This document shows positions 40,865-53,500 of a stretch of 64,000 nucleotides of DNA, one piece after another. The notes beneath the pieces are model-generated. The model was not told the DNA's origin. It made no database searches and saw nothing but the letters and a program-made list of their open reading frames with translations. The DNA comes from Felis catus. Its lineage: Eukaryota. Position 1 is the stretch's first letter. Each line of letters starts with the position of its first letter. The translations under genes and the position numbers were made by a program. The stretch covers positions 104,346,001 through 104,410,000 of the forward strand of contig NC_058371.1 of the NCBI RefSeq assembly GCF_018350175.1, in the 5' to 3' direction.

Positions 40865-42104
40865 AGTCACATTTATATAATGTTAGAAAGAAGGAAAAAT
40901 CATAAAACATGTTGGTGTAGTTATTGAAGAAAATATGCTAATCCAGCCGTGCTGTGCCTTATTCACTTCTGTATTCTCTATGAGATTCGGTTCCACATAC
41001 TAAGTTGGTTATTTACTTCCCTTTGTATAAGTAAGATTTCTTTTTCATATGTATTTGGATTCACTTCCCTCTTAGAGAAAGATAAATTCTAACAGGCTTG
41101 TAAGTGGTATGGATTTTTTCTTTAAAAACATGTTTTCTGTGCATGTTAGAAGTAGGGAAGAGAGACATTAGCCTTCTGTAAAGTATAATGTGATGGCTGT
41201 CAAACTGGCTTTATTCAAAGACCTAGAAACAAACTGCTCCGCATAAAATGGTGCCCCAATAGGTGGGGGTAGTGATCAGGGACTGACAGGGAGGGCTTAA
41301 AACACCTAACTGAGGCTCTCTGCTTGTAGCTACCAATGAACCCATGAGATATCTTACATTAATTTTATGCCTGAAAATAGTTTCCTTCAATAATTGATCA
41401 TTGAGGAAAACCTCTTTTCATCCTAACATTTATAATGAATAAACGTCAGGAGTAATGTAACAAAATGCCTTTATACAATACTGAAGCTAATTGGAAGAAT
41501 TTGACATTTTATGGATGGCCAAGTTCAGTATCTGCTCTTCTTTTCAAACTTATTTTAAGAAATGACTTTCTGAATAAGGGAGCCTTGCCGTAACAGTTGG
41601 CAGTTAGGAGTTATTTTGTAATTTTTATTTTAGCTCTTGAGATTTGATACTTCAGACCTAAGGCGGGTAGAATGCCTTTGATAGCAGTGTGACCTTTTTT
41701 GTATTAAGGTTATACAGTCGAGCAAGTTGTGTAGCCATGTGGCCACATGTCTTTATTTTCTTCTGAGGTGACCAGAGACTTTGCCACAGGCTAAATATAA
41801 ACCTTTTTCATGAGGCATCCACCCAAAATAAGAAACTCAATAATTTTTAAATGATCCTTTTATTTACCTTACCCAAGTATATTATTTTCCATGGACACAC
41901 GCTTTTTGGGTTTCAAGGAGACTATACACTTTACAAATAGATTATTTCATATAAAGTTTTATTTCTCTATTAAGTAAACAAAGAGGCACCCACCCTCTAC
42001 ACTTGTGTAGAGACCTTCATAATGAGAAACAGTTGAATTTAAAAAAAAAAAAAAAAAGGTTGTTTGTCTTATATAAAGTTCAGGATAGATTCTCTTTGAC
42101 TTTA

Positions 42105-43046
42105 TTTATTTATTTTAATATGAAATTTATTGTCAAATTGGTTTCCATACAACACCCAGTGCTCAGCCCAACAGGTGCCCTCCTCAATGCGCACACCCAC
42201 TTCCCCTCCCTCCCACCCCCCATCAACCCTCAGTTTATCTCAGTTTTTAAGAGTCTCTTATGGTTTGCCTCCCTCCCTCTCTTTTTTTTTCCCCTTCCCC
42301 TCCCCCACGGTCTTCTGTTAAGTTTCTCAGGATCCACATAAGAGTGAAAACACATGGTATCTGTCTTTCTCTGTCTGACTTATTTCACTTAGCCTAACAC
42401 TGTCCAGTTCCATCCACGTTGCTACAAAAGGCCAGATTTCATTCTTTCTCATTGCCAAGTGGCTTTCCATTGTATATATAAACCACAACTTCTTTATCCA
42501 TTCATCAGTTGAGGGACATTTAGGCTCTTTCCATAATTTGGCTATTGTTGAGAGTGCTGCTATAAACATTGGGGTACAAGTGCCCCTGTGCATCAGTACT
42601 CCTGTATCCCTTGGGTAAATTCCTAGCAGTGCTACTGCTGGGTCATAGGGTAGGTCTATTTTTAATTTTTTGAGGAACCTCCATACTGTTTTCCAGAGCA
42701 GCTGCACCAGTTTGCATTCCCACCAACAATGCAAGAGGGTTCCCATTTCTCCACATCCTCACCAGCATCTATAGTCTCCTGATTTGTTCATTTTAGCCAC
42801 TCGACTGGTGTGACTGGTTTTGATTTGTATTTCCCTGATGAGGAGTGACGTTGAGCATCTTTTCACGTGCCTGTTGGCCATCCGGATGTCTTCTTTAGAG
42901 AAGTGTCTATTCATGTTTCCTGCCCATTGCTTCACTGGATTATTTTTTTTTGGGGTGTGGAGTTTAGTGAGTTCTTTATAGATTTTGCATACTAGCCCTT
43001 TGTCCGATGTGTCATTTACAAATATCTTTTCCCAGTCCGTCGGTTG
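42105..43046 (-). mobile_element. Young felid L1 (L1_Fc-like), 5'-truncated ~0.94 kb
   Basis: ORF 42327..42746 encodes the ORF2p C-terminus ([10 protein letters not shown]...LPYDPA..LLGIYP); perfect TSD tctttgacttta (42093-42104 / 43047-43058). Confidence 0.95.
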
Positions 43047-43072
43047 TCTTTGACTTTAGAAAAATAGGTGAC

Positions 43073-43515
43073 TATATTCAGGTTCTCCAGGGAAACAGAA
43101 CTAGTAGGAGAGAAATTTATTCTGAAGAATTGGCTCACACAGTGATGGGGGCTGAGAATTCCAGCAGTGTTAGTCTGCAAGGTTGGAGACCCAGGAAAAC
43201 CAGTGATACAATTCAGTTTGAGTCTAAAGGCCTGAGAACAGAGGAGCTGATGCTTGAAATCCAAGTCCAAGGGCCTGAGAAGATGAGATGAGATATTCCA
43301 ACTTCATAGGAAGCAAAAAAGGCATGTTCTTCCGTCCTCTACCTTTTGTTCTATTCAGGTCCTGGACAGATGCATCATGTCCACCCACATTGAAGAAGGA
43401 AGTCTACTGAGTCCACTGATTCAGTGCTCATCTCATCCAGAAATACTTTCACAGACATACACAGAAATAGTGTTTAGTGTGTCTAGTCAAGTGAGACGTA
43501 AAATTAACCATCACA
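43073..43515 (-). mobile_element. MLT2 (ERVL) solo LTR
   Basis: caggttctccagggaaacagaac...gaattggctcacacagtgatgg...aaaattaaccatcaca. Confidence 0.85.
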
Positions 43516-45193
43516 AGTGACTAAAAAAAGTAGTTAAGTATGTACTTTCATTATCTATCGTTGTGTTATTAGGGAACATGTGCAAACTACTAACATCCTT
43601 GTGTCATTAAACTTTAAAAACTATGTATTTCAATTATTTATGTGCCTATCCTCTCCATCAGGCTATTAGTTCTTGAGTCATCATCATCATCATAGCTACC
43701 ATCTAGTGATTGCTGAATAAGAACCTGGTTTACATATCTTGTTAAGTGAGTGAATGAATCAATCAGTAGATTCTGGAAAATCTAAAGTTTTAGAGAGCCT
43801 ATAATCTAGCCTGAAATAACATAACCCAAACTCCTTCAGTATCCAATAAGATTTTGCTTTCTTTCTTCTTAAAATGATTATGAAACTAGAAATAACTTAG
43901 TAGTTGATGAAATACATAAAGAAGCATAGGGCTAGAGAGAAACCAGGTTCAACTTCCAGCTCCATGATCTCAGGCAAATCTGTAACTTCTCCGTGTCTCA
44001 GATTCTTTATGTATAAAAAGAGGATAATAGAAGAATTTACCCTGCAGAGTTGTGAGTGGAGTTCCTGGTACCTATGTGCCCAGGAAGTATTAGTTGTTAG
44101 TAGTGGTAACAGTGGGAGGAAAATCAGTTCTCAGTCTAGTAGTAGCAGCATCAAGATTTTGATGTACCTTGTCATGTTCCAAGTCTTTTTGCCTGAGCCC
44201 TTCTAATAATGTGCACTTCAATGAAGTATACACTCATTTTTTAAATTAGTCTAAGTGGAAGAGGTAGGTGGACCATCTGGAAGAAAAATGTACTATGTGT
44301 TGTAAGAACAAGTGTAAACCTTTGTTTAAAGTTTAAACAGTTTTCTACTCAAGGGCAGTAATCTAGAATTGACCATTTTGAATAACTTCTTGCCAGAGTT
44401 GCTAGGATATTGGTCATCGCTTTCCCATCATGAGTTTCCAGTGTTCTTGGAAGTGAATGAATCAAACTTTAATGAGACTTAAGACAAGCTGAAGCTCATT
44501 GTTAAAAAACTATAGTAATGAAATATTTATTGTGCAGATGAAAAGAATGCAACTATATTTAAAAATTTTTAAAGCAAATAAAATTCATAATTGAACTATA
44601 GGGTAAGAAAGCGTATTCTATAATATATCTGTTGTTTCTGACACAGCATGGTTCATTATTGATGTTAACATTTGTATTATAACTCTTTGCCAAATTAAAT
44701 TAAATTAAATTAAATATTATGGAGAACTGGTTAGGTACTTGATGATATCAAAAAGATTTTCATTCACACATTTATATTTACCTCCTACTCTATGTGGGCT
44801 CCACATAACAATAAATAAGTCTCTACCCTCTTCGAACTTGAATAGTGAAGGACTGTATGTATAACACAATTATACAATATTATATGATTATAATCAGAAA
44901 AAAGGCTATAACTTTAAAGTGTAGGGCATTGTGAAATTATATAATATAGAGACATTCTAGAATATCTAGGATGGTCTGAGGTATATGTAGTAATTCACAT
45001 AAGAGATGTGGCAAGTCTGTGATTTCATACTACACTGTAATTCAGCAACCTGCAAGGTAAGATTGAATCTAGGTTTTGGCTACATTAATGCTTCAAGAAA
45101 TAGAATATTTAGATTTGCAATCAAGAAAGATCCAGAGCTCACTGCCTCCCATGGACACACCAAAACTACAACTACATATAAAACAACTTATCA

Positions 45194-45400
45194 GGGTGCC
45201 TGGGTGGCTCAGTCGATTAAGCATCTGACTTCGGCTCAGGTCATGATCTCATGGTTTGTGAGCTCAATCCCCACGTCAGGCTCTGTGCTGACAGCTCAGA
45301 GCCAGAAGCCCACTTTGGAATCTGTGACTCCCTCTCTCTGCCCTTTTCCCGCTCACATTCTGTCTCTCAAAAAATAAATGTTAAAAAATTTTTTTTGTTT
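45194..45400 (+). mobile_element. Felid CAN-SINE in the L1 5' UTR
   Basis: TSD aaaacaact(t)atc. Confidence 0.9.
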
Positions 45401-46944
45401 AAAAACAACTATCTCCAAGAACAACTTGAAGACTAGCAGACCTAAGATCTTACACAACTAAGGATATAAAGAAATAGTCGCATCAAGATGACCAGGAGTG
45501 GCAAAGAGGCAGAGACAGTCTACTAAACTCAGGACTCACACCTCCCCAGCATGGCAGCAAATGGGAGGATATCATGACTGCAAAGGCCCTCTCTGAGGAA
45601 CAGGGATCCAGTACTCACATTGGGTTCTCTGACCCAGGAAACCTGCACTGGGAAGATGAGCTCCCATAACATCTGGCTTTGAAAACCAGTGGGGCTCAAG
45701 TCCAGGAGAGCCAGAAGACAGCAGGAAATCAAGACTCCACTCATAAAGGGCATGTGCACAGTCTCACTTGCTCTGAGTCCCAGAGTAGAGGCAAGAGTTT
45801 GAAAAGTACCTGTGTTACATGTGAATGAGATTCATTGACTAATTTAATTGACTAAATTTAGGGAACAGAACTAATTTGGGATCTGTTGGAACTTTATCCA
45901 GGGATAGAAGTACTGTGAATGCCATTTTTTTTTTCACTCCCCTTCTACCTACTTGTCCTGAGTAACTGCCCTACCTAGCAGGTGCTGTTTCTGACACTAT
46001 CCATCTACAGTGCTAGCACTGCTTGCCCTACCCTGGCATTTCCCTGCAAATTGCCTCACCCAACCCACCAGCTCTGGCCAGTGCTCCTCTCAAGTGACTG
46101 TCTGCCTCACCACACCTGATGGGTGGCCTTGGTGACAGTGGCACTGCCCCAGGTAACCTCACCCCACCACAACCAGTGATTGGCCCTCCACCCTGCCACA
46201 CCCAGAGGGTGGTGTTGGGTGGGATGGGTAACCAGGAGAGTTTCCACTACAGGGCCCCACAGGATAGTTTCTATATAGAGCTACTCCTTTGAGACAAGGA
46301 GACATAACTGATCTACTCAATATATAGAAGCAAACACAGAGAGTCAGGGGGCAAAATGAAGAGACAGAAAAACATGTTCCAAATGAAAGAACAAGACAAA
46401 ACTGCAGAGAACAAATAAATGAAATAAACAATCCACCAGATAAAAAGTTCAAAGAAATGGTCACAATGATGCTTATTGATCTTGGGAGAAGAATGGTTGA
46501 ATACAATGAGAACTTCAACAGAGAGACAGAAAATACAAAAGAGAGCCAATCAGCTGAAGAATACAATAACTGAAATGAAAAGCTAGAATCAACAGCAGAT
46601 GCAGAAGATGCAGAAGTACAGATTCTCTAAGATTAGGGTAGGGGTAGGGGAGAATCACCCAATGAGAACAAAAAGAAAAGAAAATTTTTAAAAGTGACAA
46701 TAGTTTAAGGGACAACATTAAGCATACTAACACTCACATTATAGGGGTTCCAGAAGGCGAAGAGAGAGAGGGACAGAAAACCTGCTTGAACAAATAATGC
46801 CACAAAACTTCCCTAACCTGGTGAAGGAAGAAAACACTCAACTCCAGGAAGCACAGAGAGCCCCAAAAAGATGAACCCAAAGACACCCATACCAAGACAC
46901 ATTATAATCAAGATGTCGGAAGTTAAAGATAAAGAGATAATCAT

Positions 46945-47156
46945 GGGGCGCCTGGGTGGCGCAGTCGGTTAAGCATCCGACTTCAGCCAGGTCACGATCT
47001 CGCGGTCCGTGAGTTCGAGCCCCGCGTCAGGCTCTGGGCTGATGGCTCAGAGCCTGGAGCCTGTTTCCGATTCTGTGTCTCCCTCTCTCTCTGCCCCTCC
47101 CCCGTTCATGCTCTGTCTCTCTCTGTCCCAAAAATAAGTAAATGTTGAAAAAAAAA
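46945..47156 (+). mobile_element. Youngest-subfamily felid SINE (pair 1, left arm)
   Basis: Diagnostic gcgcagtcgg/ttcagccaggtcacg/gggctgatgg; TSD aaagataaagagataatc. Confidence 0.96.
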
Positions 47157-47432
47157 AAAGATAAAGAGATAATCTTAAAAGCAGCAAGAGAAAAACAACT
47201 AGTTACATACAAGGGAGCCCCTATAAAATTATCAGCTGATATTTCAGCAGAAACTTTATAGGCCAGAGGGAGTGGTATGATATATTCAAACTGCTGAAAG
47301 GAAAACAACAACAACAATAATATTCTACCTGGCATGGTTATCATTCAGCATTGAAGGCGAGATAAGGAGATTCCTCAATAAGCAAAAGCTAAAGGAGTTT
47401 ATCACCACTAAACTGACCTTACAAGAAAGTTT

Positions 47433-47655
47433 ATTTATTTATTTTTTTTTTTCAACGTTTATTTATTTTTGGGACAGAGAGAGACAGAGCATGAACGGGG
47501 GAGGGGCAGAGAGAGAGGGAGACACAGAATCGGAAACAGGCTCCAGGCTCTGAGCCATCAGCCCAGAGCCTGACGCGGGGCTCGAACTCCCGGACCGCGA
47601 GATCGTGACCTGGCTGAAGTCGGACGCTTAACCGACTGCGCCACCCAGGCGCCCC
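47433..47655 (-). mobile_element. Youngest-subfamily felid SINE (pair 1, right arm)
   Basis: Same diagnostic bases; TSD ttacaagaaa(g/c)ttt. Confidence 0.96.
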
Positions 47656-48313
47656 CTTTACAAGAAACTTTAAAAGATACTTCATTAATTGGAAAAGGAA
47701 AGGCCATAATTAGCAATAAGAAAATTATTTAAAAAAATCTCACTGGTATAGGTAAAGATATAGTAAAGGTACTAGGTCAACCACTTATATAACTATTATG
47801 GAGTTTAAAAGACAAAAGTAATAAAAATTTTCTGTATCTACAATAATTATTCACAGAATACACATAATATGTGTAAAATATGATGTCAAAAAATGTATTG
47901 GGGAGAGTGAAAATCTAATGCTTTAGAATGTGCTTGAACTTTAGTGACCATCAACTTAATACAGACTGGTATATACGTAGGAAGTTATATATGAACTTTA
48001 TGGTAACCACAAATGAAATGCCTACAATAGATATACAAAAAATTGAGAGTAAGGAATAAAAACATGACCCTAAAGACAGTCACAAAATCATACGGGAAGA
48101 AAGCAAGAGAAAAAGGAACAGAGAACTACAAAAACAACCAGAAAACAATCAACAAAATGGCAAGAAGTACATATCTACATATCTGTCAGTAATTAAATGT
48201 AAATAGACTAAATGCTCCCATCAAAAGAAATAGGGGGGCTGAATAGATTAAAAAAAAAAGACCAACTTATACATTACCTACAGAGACTCACTTGAGATGT
48301 AAAAACACACATA

Positions 48314-48490
48314 GGGATGCCTGGGTGGCTCAATCAGTTAAGCATTCAAGTCTTGATTTCAGCTCAGGTCACGATCCCAGGGTGGTGAGATTGAGCCCTG
48401 CATCAGGTTCTCTGCTGAGCATGGAGCCTGCTTAAGATTCTCTCTCTGTCCCTCTGCCCCCTCCCCTGCTCTTTCTCTCTAAAAAAATAA
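48314..48490 (+). mobile_element. CAN-SINE (older) in L1 ORF2
   Basis: TSD aaa(a/g)cacacatag. Confidence 0.9.
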
Positions 48491-49471
48491 AAGCACACAT
48501 AGACTGAAAATGAAGGAATGGAAAAAGATATTTCATGCAGATAGAAGCAAAAAAAAAAAAAAAGCAAAATAGACTTTACAACAAAGATTGTAACAAGAAA
48601 AAGAAAGGCATGACATAATGATAAAGGGATCACTCCAACAAGAGGGTTATCAAGTGTCTTTTCCAACCACAACTGTATGAACTAGAAATGAATTACAAGA
48701 AGAAAAGTGGAAAAAATACAGACACATGGAGACTACACAATATGCTACTAAACAACCAATGGGTCAGTGAACAAATCAAAGAGGAAAGAAAAAAATTCCT
48801 AGAGATGAGTGAAAGAGTCGGACGCTTAACCGACTGAGGCACCCAGTCACCCCCAATGGCATTTTTTACAGAACTCAAACAACTAATTCTAACATTTGCA
48901 TGGTACCACAAAAGCCCCCCAATAACCAAAGCAACCTTGAGAAGGAAGAGCAAAGCTGGAGGAATCACGCTTGCTGTTTTCAGACTATACTACAAAGCTG
49001 AGTAATCAAAACAGTTTACTACTGGCACAAAAACAGACACATAGACCAATGCAACTGACTAAAAAGTGCAGAAATCTGAGGTCAGGAGGTCAATCAATGT
49101 ATTGACCTATGTTTAATTAGTCTTCAACAAAGAAGCTAAGAATATACAACGGTTAAAAGACAGTCTCTTCAGTAAATGGTGTTGAGAAAACTGGACAGCT
49201 ACGTGCAAAAGAATGAAACTGGGCCACTTATACTATATACAAAAATAAACTCAAAATGGATTAAAGACTTAAAGGTCATAGTGGAAATCATAAGACTCTT
49301 AGAAGAAAGCATAGGCAATAAACTCTGACATCATCTGTCTCCTCAGGCAAGGGCAACAAAAGCAAAAATAAACAAATGGGACTATATCAAACAAGAACGG
49401 TTTTACATAACAAAACCAAAACAAAAAGGCAGCCTACTGAATGGAAGAAGATATTTCCAAATAACTTGTCT

Positions 49472-50501
49472 CTAGCTGTGAAAGTCCTAGATGGCATCTT
49501 CTTCCAATAGAAGGTGCTTCCTCTCTATTGGAAACCTGTTGTTTAGTGTAGCCACCTTCATTAATTATCTTCACTAGATCTTCTGGAGAACTTCCTGCAG
49601 CTTCCACATCAGCACTGCTGCTGCACCTTGCACTTGANNNNNNNNNNNNNNNNNNNNNNNNNNNNNNNNNNNNNNNNNNNNNNNNNNNNNNNNNNNNNNN
49701 NNNNNNNNNNNNNNNNNNNNNNNNNNNNNNNNNNNNNNNNNNNNNNNNNNNNNNNNNNNNNNNNNNNNNNNNNNNNNNTTAAGGTAATGTTGTGGCTGGT
49801 TTGATCTTCCATCCAGACCGCTAACACTTTCTCCATATCAACCAGAAGGCTATTTCACTTTCTTATCATTTGTGCCTTCGCAGGAGTAGCACTTTTACTT
49901 TCCTTCAAGAACTTTTCCTTTTCATTCTCAACTTGGCTAACTAGAGCATGAGGCCTAGCTTTTGGCCTCCCGTGGCTTTTGACATGCCTTGCTCACTAAG
50001 CTTAATCATTTCTACCTTTTGATTCAAGTGAGAGATGTGCAGCTCATCCTCTCACTTGAACACTTAGAGGGCACTGCAGGGTTATTCATTGACCTCATTT
50101 CAACATTGTTGTGTCTCGGGGAATAGGGAGGCCTGAGGAGAGGGAGAGAGAGAGAGAGATGGTGGAACAGCGGGCTGGTGAAGCAGTCAGAACACATACC
50201 ACATTTACCGACTAAGTTTACCATCTTATGTGAGCACAGTTTGTGGTACCCCAAAGCAATTACAGTAGTAATATCAAAGATCACTTATCACAGATCATTA
50301 TAACACATAGAATAATAATGGGAAAGTTTGAAATATTGTGAAAATTACCAAAATGTGACACAGAGACATGAAGAGAGCAGATGCTGTAGGAAAAAATGGT
50401 GCTGACAGATTTCTCGATGCAGGGTTGCCATTAATCTTCAACTGTTTAAAAAAACAGACAAGCACAATGTCTGCAAAATGCAGTAAAACAAAGTATGCCT
50501 G
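49472..50501 (-). mobile_element. Tigger1 5' portion including transposase N-terminal remnant
   Basis: ORF 49609..49836 MEKVLAVWMEDQTSHNITL resembles Tigger1 transposase; terminus aagtatgcctg followed by TA. Confidence 0.9.
49638..49778. other. 141-N assembly gap inside Tigger1
   Basis: Direct read. Confidence 0.99.
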
Positions 50502-53500
50502 TAGTTCACTGAAGAAACCAAAACTAAGCTAGAACCCTGGCCGCAAAGGGAGCAGAGAAGTATATTTTTGAGTTTTCTCAACTCTTCAAAAAAATGAAGG
50601 CTCACCAGTAGAAGGTTGAAATAGATGCTGATGGAGTCTGGCTATAGTATCTCCCAAAGGGATGTACCAGTGAATGTTTCCCTGGTGCAGCTGGGAAGGA
50701 TAAGAAAAGAACTAGCTATATGAAAACTTGGGGGGGGATGCATTCTAAGTGGAGGAAAAACAGTTAAAGAGGCCTGGAAGTGAGAAAGAGTATTAATCAA
50801 CCTTAAAAACAAATGGCAAAAGTATAGACCTCCTCCCCCCACCAAAAAAAAAAAAAAAAACAACAACAACATGGTGATTTCAGGAAACTCAAATTTTCAT
50901 TTAGAGCATTACTACAGTAAGTAAAGAGGCTGCCACATACCCAGTCTAATCCTCCTCTACACTCATGCAGAGAGTGGTCCTCTGTTTAGCCAGGAGTTGT
51001 GGAAGATTCCTTTCTCTCATGTGTCAAGAAGCCTGACAGTGACACGAATGTGGAATCGAGCATGAAAAACACAACATAGCCACAACAGCTACGGTGCATC
51101 CATCCATTTACCTTAAATGATGAGAGGGTCGGGGAGAGAGATTGAGCCTGGTACAGGAAGGTCAGTGGCAAGATTCAGGTGCCCCATACAGGGTGGCTTC
51201 TGGTTCCAAAAGAGAAGACAATAAGAGGTCCTGGAGTCCTGTGGCCAGAGAGATAAATATACCATAAATTCAGAATATTAAACCTTAGAGACACTCTAGT
51301 CTACCCCTGCCCCTTCATTTTACAGGTGAGAATTTGACAGAGTGGTTGAACATCTTGTTGAGGGTGATAAGGTCTGTGGAACATCGGGACTAGAACCCCT
51401 TAATAGCAAACATACCGTTTTACCATGTGCTTCACTTTAAAGCCCCTCTTTTCATGGTCATTATCTAATGCTGAAATGCAAATGTGGTAGCTAATCTAGG
51501 ATTTTGTTAGCTGGTGGTCAGTTTAACATTTAGTTCCATATCCGTCAAGATGGTGTTCAGAACAACTGCTTTTGAGTAACGATGGCAGAGAAATTAAAGT
51601 ATTTTAAAAATTCTGAATACTACTACTTCCTTTAACCCAATCCAGCCCTACTCCCAAGGATGTGTTTCGTTCCACCCTTAGTGAATTTCACTGCCAAAGT
51701 TGGTTGTGTTTTTTAAAAATTTTGCAAAAATGGTGAAAAAGAGCCACCGCTTTAGAAAAGAGGGTCATAAAAAACAGGAAGTCATAAAAACGTGACTTAA
51801 ATGAAGAATCCCCTCTAAAGTGTCATGAAAGCTAGCCTAGTTTCTTCATTAGTTTGAGTGGCAGATCCAATTATAGAAGAAAAATGATATTATACTATTG
51901 ACCTTTTTACCAGATTGAATCTTTAACCCACTGGGCCTCGTGTACTTTTTGCATTCCATATTTGGTTATTTTTGACACAGATTAAACTCCCAACTCTAGA
52001 AGAGCTCAACGATATTTGAATTAAGCAATAAAATATCTAAACACTGTTGCCTGGGGAGTCACAGGCATTATGCTTCCATGTAGAGGAATAACCGGTATTT
52101 GTTGGGATTAGATAGTATGATAGTTGAATTGGATTATGCAACCAGAAGACACATACACATTTATAAAATGGGCTTTATAAAATCTTTTTAAAAATGTTAT
52201 TTCTGCTAGTCTTCAATACCACGATGCAATAAGTTATATTATCCCCTAAAGTCACTTAACAAAATAAGGTGTCACTAAAAGAAGCGATTGTGAAAATCCA
52301 GAATTATATATAACATAGCCTATCCCAGAAATACCACAAACCCTATTCTCTGCTATTAATAAACTGTAGAATATTTTGTTTTATAAAATGGGAAGTAATA
52401 TTTACAGGTAATATGTTTTATCTAAAGTCACCTTTATCCCAAGACCTTTCGAGAAAAACAGAAAGTTGAATTGTCTTATGATGGTCAAAGAAGCAGTTTA
52501 CAAGGGCTATAAATGACATCCAACTTTCTTATGGCTTGTTAGCAATCAGTTCTGAGAATTCTGAACCCATGTATCACTGACCACCAGGTGCTGAAGGAAA
52601 ATGTTTATACATCCCCACTGGATCATCTCTGAAAGGTTGAGTCGGTGGTGTGGTATGATAGAACAAGCAAAAGATTCTTTTCTCTCACTAGAGGGTTTGG
52701 GAATTAGAGTGTCACAGGCTGTGTTGGCTGCCTTTGTCCCATAGCTTTTAGAATATCCTTTGTGGAAGGAGAGAAAGAAAACTTCTTCCATAAGAATAAT
52801 GGTGCCCTAAGGAAAAAACATCTGTTCTCTTGTTGAGTGCAGTCTGTTTAAGGGAAACAGCAGCAATCTGCCTCGAGTTAAAAGGTGGGCTGATTCCCAC
52901 CTCCACACTTCTGAGCTGCGCTCCAGTTGACTGCTCCAATCTCTGATGTCGGAGGCCGGTGTAAACAATGAAGCCCTTTATCTAAACATTTAAATCCTCC
53001 TCTCTTCCCCTGTTTCAGCCCACGCAGTAGCCTGTGGAATTGACTTAACAGAAGGCATATTTTCTCGTGAGTTTTGGGCTTGGGAAAAAATTCTTAGTTT
53101 GGAATATGAAGAGGGGGGCATTAACTTAAAGTTTAAACATGCCTGGTATACATGAGTACAATATAAAGGCCAAGCGAGCAGGAGAATGGGCTAGCACCCC
53201 AAGGTTGGTTGGGGAAAGCTGTGGGTTGCTTCATGAGATTTTATTATTTTGATCTTTTTACTTCCCAAAAGATGGAGGTAAAGTGGAGTAGTGATATCCT
53301 AGATACTCATAGGAAAAGTAAGGGGTTTGGAGGGAGATGAGGAAAAGACATTAAGGGGAAGAAATCGGGTTCAGATTTCCTAATTTGTCTTCTCTCTGCC
53401 TGGCACCAAGTTAAAGCCTCTTTCCATCAGGTAGATTGCAGTCCAATCTGGCTAAAGTAGTTGAAGTGCTGGGAGGGGATGGCCAAGGGGGTGAAGGAAT

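Larger units (their letters stand above)
45120..49468 (+). mobile_element. Carnivore-era L1: 5' UTR, decayed ORF1 (ATG ~46356) and internally deleted ORF2, carrying 5 SINE insertions or remnants
   Basis: MKRQKNMFQMKEQDK-like ORF1 start; NVNRLNAPIKR endonuclease start ~48200; AGGITL..FRLYYKA; no 3' UTR. Confidence 0.88.

Noticed and set aside
46945-47030. tRNA gene (A/B-box-like sequence)
   Set aside because: It is the tRNA-derived head of a CAN-SINE, followed by SINE body, tail and TSD.
49472-50501. Domesticated Tigger transposase (TIGD-like gene)
   Set aside because: Truncated, frame-disrupted and fused to L1 by a deletion.
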